This document shows, piece after piece, positions 25,080 to 36,561 of a stretch of DNA of 64,000 bases. The DNA is from Macrostomum hystrix. Its lineage: Eukaryota > Animalia > Platyhelminthes. The position numbers and the translations under genes were made by a program. The notes beneath the pieces were generated by a model. That model was not told the origin of the DNA. It did not search any database and saw nothing but the letters and a program-made list of their open reading frames with translations. Every line of letters begins with the position of its first letter. Positions within the stretch are counted from its first letter, which is position 1. Location: contig CATNEN010000001.1 of assembly GCA_950097015.1 (NCBI GenBank), positions 24,242,001 through 24,306,000 on the forward strand, read 5' to 3'.

Positions 25080-27125
25080 TGAAATACCACGATTTCTTTA
25101 AGATATAGCATGAGAATTGCAGGAGAAAGAATGAGATTTCCTCGGATTACATATAATCCGAGGGTTTGAGGGTATAGCACATTTTTTCAAGAGAATAGAA
25201 TGATTTATTGAGGGAAGTAGCATGAATTATCAAGGAAGGAACAATTATTATCGATGAGAAGAATAAATTATCGAGGAAAAACATGAATTATCGACGAAAT
25301 AGCCGGAAGTATTAAGAAAAACATAAACTATCGAGGTGGCAGCATGAATTATCTATGAAAAAGCATGATATATCGAGGGGAAAGCATGAATTATCGATGG
25401 AGAGCATGAATTATCGAGGGAGTATGATTATTTGTCGAAATTGGTTAGAATGTATTATCGAAGGTGTCGCAATTATTTATCGAGGGGGTAGCTTGATATA
25501 TTGAGGCGGTAGCATTTTTTAAACCGTAGCAGGATTTTACAGGGGTTGGCATGATTAAACAAGGTTGTAGCGGAAGTTATTTACTGGCAGCATTAAGTTA
25601 TCAAGGAAACAGATAACCGAGGTTTATTAGTGAGGTAACTTCATCAAATGTTCAGAGAGGCATTATTGTGGGATTAGCATAAATTATCTAGGGGGTAGCA
25701 TAAATTATCTAGGGGGTAGCATGCTTTGTCGTTAGGGTAGCATGCTTTGTCGTTAGGGTAGCATGCTTTTTCGTTAGGGTAGCATGCTTTGTCGATAGGG
25801 TAGCATGCTTTGTCGTTAGGGTAGCATGCTTTGTCGTTAGGGTAGCATGCTTTGTCGTTAGGGTAGCATGCTTTGTCGTTAGGGTAGCATGCTTTGTCGT
25901 TAGGGTAGCATGCTTTGTCGTTAGGGTAGCATGCTTTGTCGTTAGGGTAGCATGCTTTGTCGTTAGGGTAGCATGATACTAGCAACTAACACCCCCTTTG
26001 AAGGAAAGCACGCTCTTTACAGCCCTATTAAAAAAGAAAATATATCCAACTTCAAAACTCTGCTTATATTTTCTTGAAATCTCCTCGATAAATCAAAATA
26101 CCCCTTTGTTATATCATGCTATCCCTTGCAAAGCTTGCTTCCCACTCGATAATTGATGCTCTTCCCTCGAAAGTAAATGCTACCCCCAGATAATTCATGC
26201 TTCCCACTCGATAATTAATGCAACCTTCCTGATAATTGATGCTACCCCCTTGAAAACTCATGCGACAAGTACCCGCTCGATATTTCATTCTACCCTCACG
26301 ATAGTTCATGCGTTTCCCCTCGATAATTTTTGCTGCCGCCAAATTAGGTCAATATCTCGATAAATCGTTTTACCCCCTAAAAAATTCATACTATTTCGTC
26401 TTTTATTCATGCATCCTATCGAAAATACATGCTTCCCCTCGAAAAGTTGCATGCTTTACCTTCGAAAACTCATGCTTTCCCTTTGATAATTCATACTTTT
26501 CCCTCGTCATTTCATGCTTCCCCCTTGACAATTCATGCTACTCCCTCGATAATTCATGCTACCCTCTCGATAAGTCGTGTTTTCCTGTCGATAGTTCACG
26601 CTTTCTCTTAATAGTTGGGGGTCGGTGGCAGAGCGGTTATCGCATTTGCCTCTCCCACCAAGGTCCCTACGTTCGATTCCACGGCGAGGCCACATTTATT
26701 TTGGGCGCAGCCGCGGAGAGAAGGCTTGGGGGCTTGTCGTGCAATTTACGCCCTTGAGGGCCGACCTCCAAGGCACAGTGAAATGTACACTGCCTGACAA
26801 TGAGAAAGTCAGGACAGATGTACTCACCTGTGTGAGCGTATGCCAGCGTACGGTATCTGTGTGCGTGTGTGCTCAGGAGTCAGCGAAATGGGCAGAATTG
26901 CCTCCTCGCTGGCTGCGAGTCTAGTGTCACTAAATGATGTGCCATTGCCCACAGCCCTCCTGCAATTATTATAACTGTTCTCTTAATAGCACGCACACTG
27001 TACGCAGTTCATGCTTCCCCCTCAATAAGTCATGCTTTCTGTTAATAATTCATACTTTTACCTCGCCATTTCATGCTCGCCTCGTTAATTCATGCTTCCC
27101 CATCAATAATTCATGCTGCCCCTTA
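25080..27125. repeat. Inverted (foldback) pair of degenerate 21-bp minisatellite arrays
   Basis: Left arm units AGCATGAATTATCGAGG..., with a homogeneous block of TAGCATGCTTTGTCGTTAGGG at 25720-25975. Right arm units CCTCGATAATTCATGCT... Orientation switches at ~26000-26080. Confidence 0.8.
26615..26977 (+). mobile_element. tRNA-derived SINE family A, full length
   Basis: A box TGGCAGAGCGG, B box GTTCGATTCC, TSD TTCTCTTAATAG at 26603-26614 and 26978-26989. Confidence 0.92.
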
Positions 27126-27519
27126 GACTGTTCGAGCTAAGTATGCTCAAACAGTCTTCGTTTATTTATTAATCCTATTGAATATAGCTTGCAAGAATGC
27201 TTGAAAAAACGTTACAATTTAAAATGAACTACGCTAATATCTTTGCTCAAAGTATTTTCCTATATTTTTTAATCTAAAACCGCTGGCAGAAATGCTCGAA
27301 AATTCTTTACTCAGTTTTGTATCGAATAAAACTTGCTGCTGCGCTCAAAAATATTTTCCTTTCTCAGAGCGAGAAGAGCAATTAAGCAAAAAATATTTTC
27401 TTTGACAGTAGCTAATCAATAGCTCTTAACAGTTAGTTGTACCCAAAAAACCTAAAAGAGAAAAATTAAAAACTTATGCTTACATTTTTAACTGTTGATG
27501 ATAGAAGATTACTTATTAC

Positions 27520-27810
27520 GAGTAATAAAACGCGCACGCCATGAATGGGTGCTGATTTTTTTCTTTTATATATTTTCTGACAATATTTTACTCGACAACA
27601 AAAAACATAAAAAGCGAAGGTTTTGTAGGAATCAACTATTGAGCTCGGAAGGGAAAAGCAAAGGTATTAAAAATAAGAGCAGTAAAAACAAAAGGGACAC
27701 CAGGAATAAAAGATAAATGCAGATTGTTAAATGTTAATACGAGCTCGTAGTCTCAGGGCAGCTGTTCCCTTATTTTAGAGATTTCTATGATGTTCTTTGC
27801 TAAAGCTTCA
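27520..27810 (-). repeat. Dispersed repeat; second copy at 49310-49620 (+), partial end at ~24960-25010
   Basis: Reverse-complement similarity, e.g. GTCTCAGGGCAGCTGTTCCCTTATTTTAGAGA. Confidence 0.8.
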
Positions 27811-27876
27811 GCGGTTTCCCGATCGTCTTGAGCCATTATGTAGTTAGATTTCTCTTCTGCAGTTAAGGATGCAAAA

Positions 27877-28314
27877 TTGGGAGTTTTCCCAGAAATTTTC
27901 GTTTCAATTTACCCATCAGTCACATGCAACCCACAACAATTCAAATTGGTGGGGATTCAAAAGATGCGAGATGATCTTGAACGGAAAATTATTCATAATA
28001 CCAAGAAACTGAAGCGCTATAATAGCCAGTGCAAGGTCTTCGATTACCTTAATATGCTTCTTGGATCTGCATCTGTTCTATCGGGATCAGCAGCTGCTGT
28101 TTCAACACTTCCTGTAATCGCTGCACCAATTGCCATTCCACTCGGAGCTGTTGGCGCCACATGTGGTCTGATTTCAGCAGTAACAGGAGCACTATCACGG
28201 AACAGACGACAAAAGCTAAAGCATCTACATGACAAACGAGAAATCAGTACAGAACTCTATCATCGGGTACATCTCAAAGGCGTGAACAAAGGGGTGAGAT
28301 CTCGGATACACTGA
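27877..28314 (+). pseudogene. Polinton/adintovirus GasderminX-like membrane protein remnant
   Basis: IYPSV...FKLVGIQKMRDDLE...KKLKRY followed by a two-helix Gly/Ala-rich hydrophobic hairpin and a basic stretch; adjacent to other Polinton remnants. Confidence 0.6.
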
Positions 28315-28829
28315 ATGATTACTAAAGTACTACTTGGCAATGTCAGCCAAACATAGCTTTGCCTTAATAATTGATTTTAATTGACGAGCACTTGACCACT
28401 AAATTTCATAGTCAGTGTTCTCTGTTATCTTTATTTTATTTTCTAATTCGCTAATGAGGCGTGTACAGATAGCAAGCAGAATGGGAAGAGAATAACTGGA
28501 GCCCCGATCAGTTCAGGATCTTCATAGTGCTCTAGTCATTCAATGATTTCTCTCACAGTTTTGTAAGGGTTTCTGTGATTCATTTCTGTTTTTTATGTAT
28601 ATGATAGTGGCTGCTTAATTGGCATTCTGTGGTTAGAAAGTCTGAGGCTGCGTTTAATGGTCCGAGGCGAGCGAATCGAAGCGAAACGATAAAATGAATT
28701 CTTTGTAACTCTTTCTTGTTTTTGTCATTGCATACTATGACAAGTCATAACATAACTTGTTATGTTATGATAGACTCATTCTAGCTCTGTGTATTAAAGA
28801 GCACTTATAGCTACACAGCTGCTCTATAT

Positions 28830-29195
28830 CCTTTCTTATAGCATATAGAGACTTCTGTGTCGGAACACAACACATACAAAACGGTCATACACAGCTCACC
28901 AGAAATATCACTGCTGATACCCTGAAGCATGAAGTTTGAGCGTTAAATTTTCATCCCGTTCAAATATTTTCTTAGCTCATCAGGCACGGCCGTACCATAG
29001 CTGCCGAAATAGTAGTACATGTGTTTACGGTTCGGATCAATAACCCAACAAACCCAATGAGAACCTGGTTTTCCTGCAGGGTCAAAGTTCATGATTCCAC
29101 ATTCCTTTTCTACTGGGGATTCTGGCAGTGTATCTCTTATTAAGACTCCTCGGAAGTTTGGGATATTTGTTGTCAATTTTTAGTACTCTCTTAGC
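28830..29195 (-). pseudogene. Adenain-like (peptidase C5) Polinton maturation protease, degenerate
   Basis: NFRGV...IMNFDPAGKPGSHWVCW...YYFGSYG; after an in-frame stop it continues LQGISSDISGELC. The catalytic Asp and Cys positions appear mutated. Confidence 0.82.
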
Positions 29196-29383
29196 TCAGC
29201 ACAATAATCTATAGTGTCCGAACGGTAGGCTGTTAATGTTGCCATCAAATATATATCGCTTGTTATCGGCACCTGAGAGGCCAATCTAATTCTTCTGTTG
29301 AATTGTGTGAATGTTGTGGTCCTTAGACTGCAGTTTCACTAATTCATGGGTGGTGCGTTTTTTATATACGAGCAAGCAATGCG
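29196..29383 (-). pseudogene. Protein-primed DNA polymerase B (pPolB) C-terminal remnant
   Basis: LQSKDHNIHTIQQKN*IGLSGADNKRYIFDGNINSLPFGHY matches the Polinton pPolB end pattern S..H.I.T....K..LS..D.KRYI...TL.YGHY. Confidence 0.78.
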
Positions 29384-29419
29384 TCCAATTGTATGAAGCT
29401 TCATTCAGCTAGATAACAA

Positions 29420-29621
29420 TAATCCAAATCCTGGGTATGCGCCTGTGAATCAGCTAGACTCAGTCTGCATGTGGCACGACATTAAGTATAGGGATTTTCC
29501 AGAGGAGAAGAATCGCTTGGATAAAGAAATGCTCAGAATGCTAGACAATATAGGGGCTTCAAGTGGATGGAAGGAGTCGATCGCGCGGAAGCTAGTTAAA
29601 GCTGTTATATTTGGAAAGTCA
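29420..29621 (+). pseudogene. Parvovirus-type phospholipase A2 (PLA2X) remnant
   Basis: PGYAPVNQLDSVCMWHDIKY...RLDKEML has the N.LD..C..HD..Y catalytic motif. Truncated at the duplication junction. Confidence 0.78.
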
Positions 29622-32600
29622 AAGCAGCCGGCAAAGGATCATCTTGATTGACAGACACAGGCGTTGCTAAAGCTTTCATGTGCCTGCCGCCAAGGAGACG
29701 CCGTATCGTCTCGTGGCAACGTCAGGGTGGTTTTTTCTTGTGAAGAAAAAGCATTTGAATTTTTTATGTTGAACGTAGAATAAAATGTAACAATGACTGG
29801 AACAGTTTCGTACTTCTAATAGTAGACTGCATGCTATATAGTAGTACTGCTATATAGTAGTACTGCTATATAGTAGTACTGCTATAGTAGACTTTTGGTT
29901 TCAGATCTCCAACTTGTCAAAACGTTAGAAACGATATTCTGTTTTTTCTAATGTTCATTAAAATATCATTACTGTGTACCTCTTTCGATTAGTACATAAA
30001 AACTATGACGAAGAAATTAAGTGGCTAAATTAATCGGATTTCGGATCGCTTCTTACCTGGAACACGTCCCAGCAAAGCTACCCTAAACCCGGGCTGAGTA
30101 GGACAGCACTTCGCCCATTGGCCTTGGATCAAGGCCTTGTCCGCTGAAATTGGCTGCATCTCCGCAGTCTAGCAGGCGTCCACCATGGATCGCATATCTG
30201 TTCGCGCATGCATTGCTCTGTAGGGAATGCATCCTACAATTCCCTAGACTCCATGGGCTCTTGTTTAATTTTATAAATTCTTGCTTGACAGATAAAAGTA
30301 GCCCACTCACTGGATTAATTAAAACAAAAAACTTTTTTTCATCTCAGTGGTTTATTTTATCCGTCGTGTTACAATCCTATTTAATGTACATTAACACGAA
30401 ATGTACATCTGTCTTTTCCGCAGCGTTTTAAACCACAAAGTTTATTAGAAAGATAATTTTCACTTATGAAAACACCATTGTGAATTACTAGGGGCCTATT
30501 CCATAAATGAAATGTTTGTTTCTAGATATTGGTGCGTTTCTGTACTATAATTAATGCCTAATTTTTCGATAATTAATATGTCTTTATAATAATTAAGATT
30601 TATGTACATATCTATACATCTTAAGGTGTTGGCCCCTATTATGTGTAATAAAGGTGCCTGTTATTTTATGCCATTTGTTTAACATAACTATATTTCAATC
30701 TTCATAATCAAATGACAGTTTAGCAATTCTCAAGAATTTATTTATATATATGGTAAAAATAATCCTGACATTTTTAGCTTGGCCATCAATTTAAGTAGGC
30801 CTGATTTTAGCTTTCTTAGATTGACTTTTATGTCTGCTAAGTGTGGGCTCTAGAAATAGTATTGGTAGTATAGAGTTTGTATCAATATAACAGTATATTA
30901 TATTACCTGCTGGTAATCCAACCCCTTACCTTGATAGCATTTGTTGCTTAACTAATATCAAGTAATCATAAAAAATTCTTGGTGATAAGCCATTGACTAA
31001 AGCCATGTGCTTATATAGTATTTTTGTGCTTACTATAATTTCCTATAACATAGTTAGCTATCTAAATTTGCTGTAATAACAGATAATGTGATTTATTTAA
31101 AACTTCTACAATTTCCCTAGATATTTATTAAGACCTTGAAGCATTCTAGTGAAGACCAAAGCCATTTATCAGCTTCTGTGTGCAGTAAATTTTACTAGAA
31201 CTAGTTATCCTTATTTAAAATTTATTATCATCATGTGCTGCCTATTTACCCAAATGAAGACTATGAAATGATATAATTCATGCTTAGCTAATTAGACTTC
31301 TGCCAAAATTGCAGGCTAGTCCAGTCAAAAGCCATTTGAGCAGTGCAGCTGAACTTGGCAGCCTTGTCTGCAACAAGCGAGTGTTTCTGTTCGACTGCGA
31401 TGGTGTTATCTGGAATGAGAACAGTCTGGTGCCCGGCGCCAGGGACCTGCTGCTGCGGCTCAAGTCCCTCGGTCGCCGAGTCTTTCTAGTCACCAACAAT
31501 AGCACCAAGTCCAGAGCACAGTATGTGGAGAAGTGCCTCAAGCTGCAGCTGCCTGTGACTGAGGCTGAGATTGTCTGTACAGCCGCTGTAGCTGCCAGCT
31601 ACATCAGCAGGCTGAAGCTGCCAGGACTCACATATGTGATCGGCAGTCCTGGACTCCAGGTGCGCGTCATCAGGTCATCTCCTGACTCCAAATTAAAAAA
31701 CTCGAGTCTTCGTCAAGATAGGGATCTCTCCTAAATCTCTCGCTAGTCTCATCTCCCCCTCGACTCATCTCTCCCGTGTCTCATCTCTCCCTCCTTAGAT
31801 CCTTAAATTAGACTTCCATTCTATTCTATTTGCAGGATGAAATGAATTTGCACGGCGTACAGTGCTGCGGATTTCGCGAAGATGACGACACCGCGGGGCA
31901 CGGTCAGGTAAGGCTTTTCATCATCTGTCGAATAAGCTTCGTTTGTTTCAATCGAAAATTCCATGATTTTTACTGCAGGGTTTTGAGCAGTTTGGCGACG
32001 TGCCATTGCGCAACGACGTCTCCTGCGTCCTGCTGGCTCTGGACACGCGTTTCAACTACATAAAGCTGCTCAAGGCCTCCAGCTACGTCAGCGCTGGGGC
32101 ATTGTTCCTAGGCAGCAATGAGGACTCGTTTCTGCCGTCTGGACGGCCATCCGAAAATGGCGTCCCAGTCCGACTGCCCGGCACCGGATCGATGCTGAAC
32201 GCGCTGTGCACGGCCACCCAGCAGCAGCCGGCGGCTGTCATGGGCAAGCCGCACCGCCCAATGCTAGACTATGCCATGCGCCTCATTGTGGAGACCTCCG
32301 ATCCGTCTAGCAGTGACCCCGCCCCGCCTCTGTCCCAGTGGCTGATGGTTGGCGACCGGCTGGACACGGACATCGCCTTCGGTCGGCGACACGGCATTGA
32401 CGCCCTCTGCGTGATGACTGGCTGCACCCTGCCTGAGGACCTCCTGGCTGAGGATGCTGGCCAAGGCGCCAGCGACAAGTCGGAGCTGAAGCCAACGGCT
32501 GTTGCTGAGTCAGTGGCCGACCTGCTGCCTCATCTCCCGGATAATTGAGCGGCCCCACCCCTGCTCAGGTGGGCATGCTCAATTCATGTCTGATTTGGTA

Positions 32601-32859
32601 TTAGATGGAACTTGACTCGCTTGCCCTGACTGGCTCGCTTGCAATTCGCTTAAATTGCAATCTATCTTTGAATAGCGTTTCTTTGATTTCGATTTTTAGC
32701 TCTCCTACTAGATTTTTTATATTAGAAAGATTTCACCTAACTGCAGATGCTATTTAACTGAATCTTCCCACTTTAATTCTTTCTTATCTGTTTCATTTGG
32801 CCCATAGTTAGCCGAATTGTTTCAGCTTATTGAAGTATGTTTCGGACTTATTAGTTTCA
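29622..32859 (+). repeat. Segmental duplication copy B
   Basis: Direct repeat of 16168-20080 without the SINE-C insertion. Confidence 0.92.
31315..32548 (+). CDS. PGP: HAD-IIA phosphatase (PGP/PDXP-like), copy B; exons 31315-31659, 31836-31907, 31979-32548; start codon not in these exons
   Basis: Same motifs as copy A; retains the canonical cap motif PGTGS. Confidence 0.9.
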
Positions 32860-33484
32860 GGCCGGAGCAAGCGCCTAAGGATAGCAAAAAATAAATTGAC
32901 TGAAGCCAAAAATGTAATTTCGATGACATGGATTTGATTGCTCATAAAATGAGGCATTAAAACATTTCTACTTCTGTCCTTTATATCAGGGAAACATCTA
33001 GCTAGATAAACAAGCAAGTATTGAATGTAAGTAGTATAATAGGCACATTTTTTGATAAAGTATATTTTAAACTTAATTCCAATGCAGTCCAATCTCTGGT
33101 GGATGATGCGCGAAAGGCATTATTAGTGCGGATGCTAAGTCAGTTTTTCCCTGCGAAGACTCACTCAAGACCACACCCATGTGCTTACTACAGCTCACTG
33201 ATACGAGTGTATTAAAAGTATGCTTTAAGCAGCCCAGTACGCCCCACTTATTGCGTACGTTTGTCGCGAGTTCTAACAGGTATGCAATCCAAAGGTTACT
33301 TTCCAAGAGTTACCGGTTCGGTTTCACACACGCTTTCACAGTCATACTCTACTCAATCTACAATAACTGCTGACATTTTAAAACTTTGGGCACCCCTTAG
33401 CCATAGACACTTGAAGCCTACAACATAAATTTAGTCATAGCGTGCAGCAACACACAATTGGAGCACGCTCCGAATATCTCTGAC

Positions 33485-33650
33485 CCAAAGCCTACCCACC
33501 CTCAATTACCCCAGCTAATGCTGATATCCATTGAACAGCTGGGAGAACTGATGAAATGCAGAGTTATGTGTCTTGCCAAAGGACACAAATTGTTCCAGTG
33601 GAGTCGGGAATCGAACCCCAGAATCTTTAAGTCGTGAATCCGACGCATCA
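33485..33650 (-). mobile_element. tRNA-derived SINE family B with CORE-like segment
   Basis: Minus strand reads GGTTCGATTCC (B box) then TGTGTCCTTTGGCAAGACAC...CCCAGCTGTTCAATGG. A related head lies at 44170-44265. Confidence 0.6.
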
Positions 33651-33851
33651 TTAGTCGATTTTGTTATGACTAAAATAATTGTATAGAACCTAGCTTAGTC
33701 AATCGATTAGTGAATAAATATGAAACTTATGCTTTTTAACATTTGTATATTCTTAGATAACATGTTCTGGCTTCTTATGAATTATCTTTTGCGTTCAGGA
33801 TAGCAGCTACATTTTTCGCGCTTCCTTAAGCCTGCGTGCTCAATCAGCCAG

Positions 33852-34471
33852 TCATTCGTAGACAAACTTTATCCCGATTGGGTCAAGTTTCTCTTCAATC
33901 AGGCGATCCATCAGCTCGTTGTCAGCCACCGTGAAGTGGTTCTTCCAGTCGCCGATCTGACCCTTGCGAATGAAGTTGAAGCCGTTCAGAAAGTTGGATT
34001 GCATCACCTCCAGAGCGCTTGGATTTACCTTTGCGTTGCTTCGCATGGCATCAAAGCTGGTGTGCTCAACAATGGCCTGCGCCTCGTCCTCCGTGACCTC
34101 CACTCCGAGGAACTCGGCAATGCTCTTCACAACCGCGGCCCTCTTCGTCACCAAGTCCTCGAAGAAGAACACGCGAACTCTCGGATGGTCACGCAGTGCC
34201 CACCAGCTCAGCGTGAAGTCGAAGAAGTTGAAGAGGCTGCAACCATCAGTGGTGCACTCCAGCGCAAGTTTCTTCCACAGTTCCGAAAAGTTGTGCGACA
34301 GTTCATCGGCGTGGAACGAGATGCAGGTACCCGTATAATGATAGAATGCCGACACCATGGTGTCTTTTGGGTTGCGCATCACAACAGTGACCTTGGGTCA
34401 AAGACGAAGGGCTCAATTACTTCTGGGGTCGAGTACCTGGGTGTCAGCCAGTCTCTCCAGTTCTGTGACAT
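33852..34471 (-). pseudogene. Cytosolic sulfotransferase pseudogene (internal deletion and frameshift)
   Basis: ATG at 34471 gives MSQNWRDWLTPRYSTPEVI, paralogous to 35911, fused out of frame to VVMRNPKDT. The 5'-PSB loop and KTH catalytic region are missing. Confidence 0.85.
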
Positions 34472-35023
34472 TTTGTGTCTCTGTTTTGAGTTGAACCCGA
34501 TTTGCAAGCTCCGAAGTATGTTCGCTGCGTTATTTGAATTTATACTAGTGGAGTGTGGCTTCAGTAAATGTTATCGATTACTTTCAATAGAAACGTCCTC
34601 CGCTGTGCAGGTTGCTTCACCTTTCATGATCAATTTTAAACTGTTTGTCTTCTTTCTATCCTCCGCAGAGACTGGCTAGGGTAGGACAGAGTATAGTTTT
34701 GTACTCTGTCAACGCTCACCTCTTTCCATTCTTTATCTACGTTGTTATAGTGATATGCTTTTTACAGTAGAGTTTGGCAGTTTCATTTGTTGCTGACGTC
34801 TGATTTTAACATTTTCGTTCAAAGTACGTTGTCAAGCTTCGAGCTTTACTAAAGCTGAAACTTCGCCCGTAGTATTTGCGACAATAATCACTAAACTCTA
34901 AATTTTCAAAAATCAAAGACATGGCGTTGCAATAAACGCTCGAATTTGAAGAACGGAGTAACTTGTCTAGTATTACGAGTAGTATCTGAGTCAATATGAT
35001 CAATGTGTCAATTTTCATGCGAC

Positions 35024-35911
35024 TCATTCGTAGGCAAACTTGAGCCCGACTGGGTCAAGCTTTTCAGCAATCAGGCGGTCCATCAGTTCGTTGTCAGCCA
35101 CCGTGAAGTGGTTCTTCCAGTCACCGATCTGACCTTTGCGAATGAAGTTGAAGTCATTTATCATGAGTGCCTGGAACTCTTTTCTGAGACTCGGATTCGC
35201 ACTTGAGTTGTCTCGCATGGCATCGAAGCTGGTGTGCTCAACAATGGCCTGAACCTGGTCCTCCGTGACCTCCAATCCGAGGAACTCGGCGATGCTCTTC
35301 ACAACCTCGGCCTTCTTCGTCACCATGTCCTCGAAGAAGAACACGCGAACTCTAGGATGGTCACGCAGTGCCCACCAGCTCAGCGTGAAGTCAAAATAGT
35401 TGAAGTGACTGGAACCGAAAATGATAGATTTCCACAACTCAGAAAAGTTATTTGGCAGCTCATCGGCATAAAATCTGGCGCCAGTAAAGTGGTAGTAGGC
35501 AGACACCATGGTGTCCTTCGGGTTGCGCATCACCACAATGACTCGAGGTCCGCCTGGTGTACTCGTCTCTTCTTGTTTGAGGTGACGCTGATGGAATGGG
35601 GCGGGCAGGTGGGTTTTCAGAACCCTAGGTCGCGGCAGGGTCGGCGCCCAGTCCATCGGGACCTGACCGGTCTGACGCTCTGGTCGACTCCAGTCGAGAA
35701 AAGGAGACCGGTGCCACAGATTGGTCTCCTTGGCTGCTTCAATTCCATGCAGCAGGCAGTACACAATCTCCTGAGTAAGAGTTGTTCCAGACTTTGAGTA
35801 CGTGTTGATCAGCACATCGTCGTCAAAGTACTCAAATCTTTCTGCTAGTCGCTGAATTACTTCAGGTGACGAGTACTTGGGTACCAACCAGTCCCTCCAG
35901 TTCTGAGACAT
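35024..35911 (-). CDS. Cytosolic sulfotransferase (SULT1-like, 295 aa, single exon)
   Basis: TYSKSGTT (5'-PSB), KTHLP, RNPKDTMVS (3'-PB), FIRKGQIGDWKNHFT. Confidence 0.95.
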   Translation of the reverse strand: MSQNWRDWLVPKYSSPEVIQRLAERFEYFDDDVLINTYSKSGTTLTQEIVYCLLHGIEAAKETNLWHRSPFLDWSRPERQTGQVPMDWAPTLPRPRVLKTHLPAPFHQRHLKQEETSTPGGPRVIVVMRNPKDTMVSAYYHFTGARFYADELPNNFSELWKSIIFGSSHFNYFDFTLSWWALRDHPRVRVFFFEDMVTKKAEVVKSIAEFLGLEVTEDQVQAIVEHTSFDAMRDNSSANPSLRKEFQALMINDFNFIRKGQIGDWKNHFTVADNELMDRLIAEKLDPVGLKFAYE

Positions 35912-36561
35912 TCTGGTTTTTCAATTGACGTCTACTTTGGTTTTCGTGGTGAGTTGCATTGTGTTGAGTTCTGTTGTCTAACTTATGTTTAGAATATTTT
36001 CTTATCACTCTTATCATCGCTTTCGTTCTTAGAAACTCTATAGTACAGTTCTTTCTAAAGTGTGTCCATCTGCTAGATCTACTTTGCTGATTAATATTTC
36101 CGCGGCAAATGCTTTTCTGCAGGTCACAAATTTTCCAGAAAACTTTTTAAAGGCACACAAGATAAAAAATGAATTCTTGTTTGCCCTTTTATCTCTCGCA
36201 CAGAGCTCAATCTTTTGCTGCTGATAATTTCTATCGTGCTGCTTTATTCTTGCTCATATTTAAATTTAGCATTTGCTTTCACACTTTGATTGGGAAAAAT
36301 AGGTCCCACAATGAGCTTGAATTCAGTCGATTTTAGTGCTCTCTTAAATCATAGAAAAGAGAAATGTAAAAATCGTGAAACAATTGACTTCAATTAAAAA
36401 ATGCGTTTGTTTGACTGAGGCCAAACAGAGGGAAAGTGTTTTAAAATAAAGAATCGAGCTACAAAGTACTACTGTGAATATCGTTTTAACTTTACCATCG
36501 ATGGTAATCACGAATAGTCTGAGTGGTCTATATTCAAGATTGGACAACTTGCTTCACTTCA

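Noticed and set aside
26617-26690. tRNA gene
   Set aside because: The A/B boxes continue into a multicopy body with tail and TSD, so this is a SINE head.
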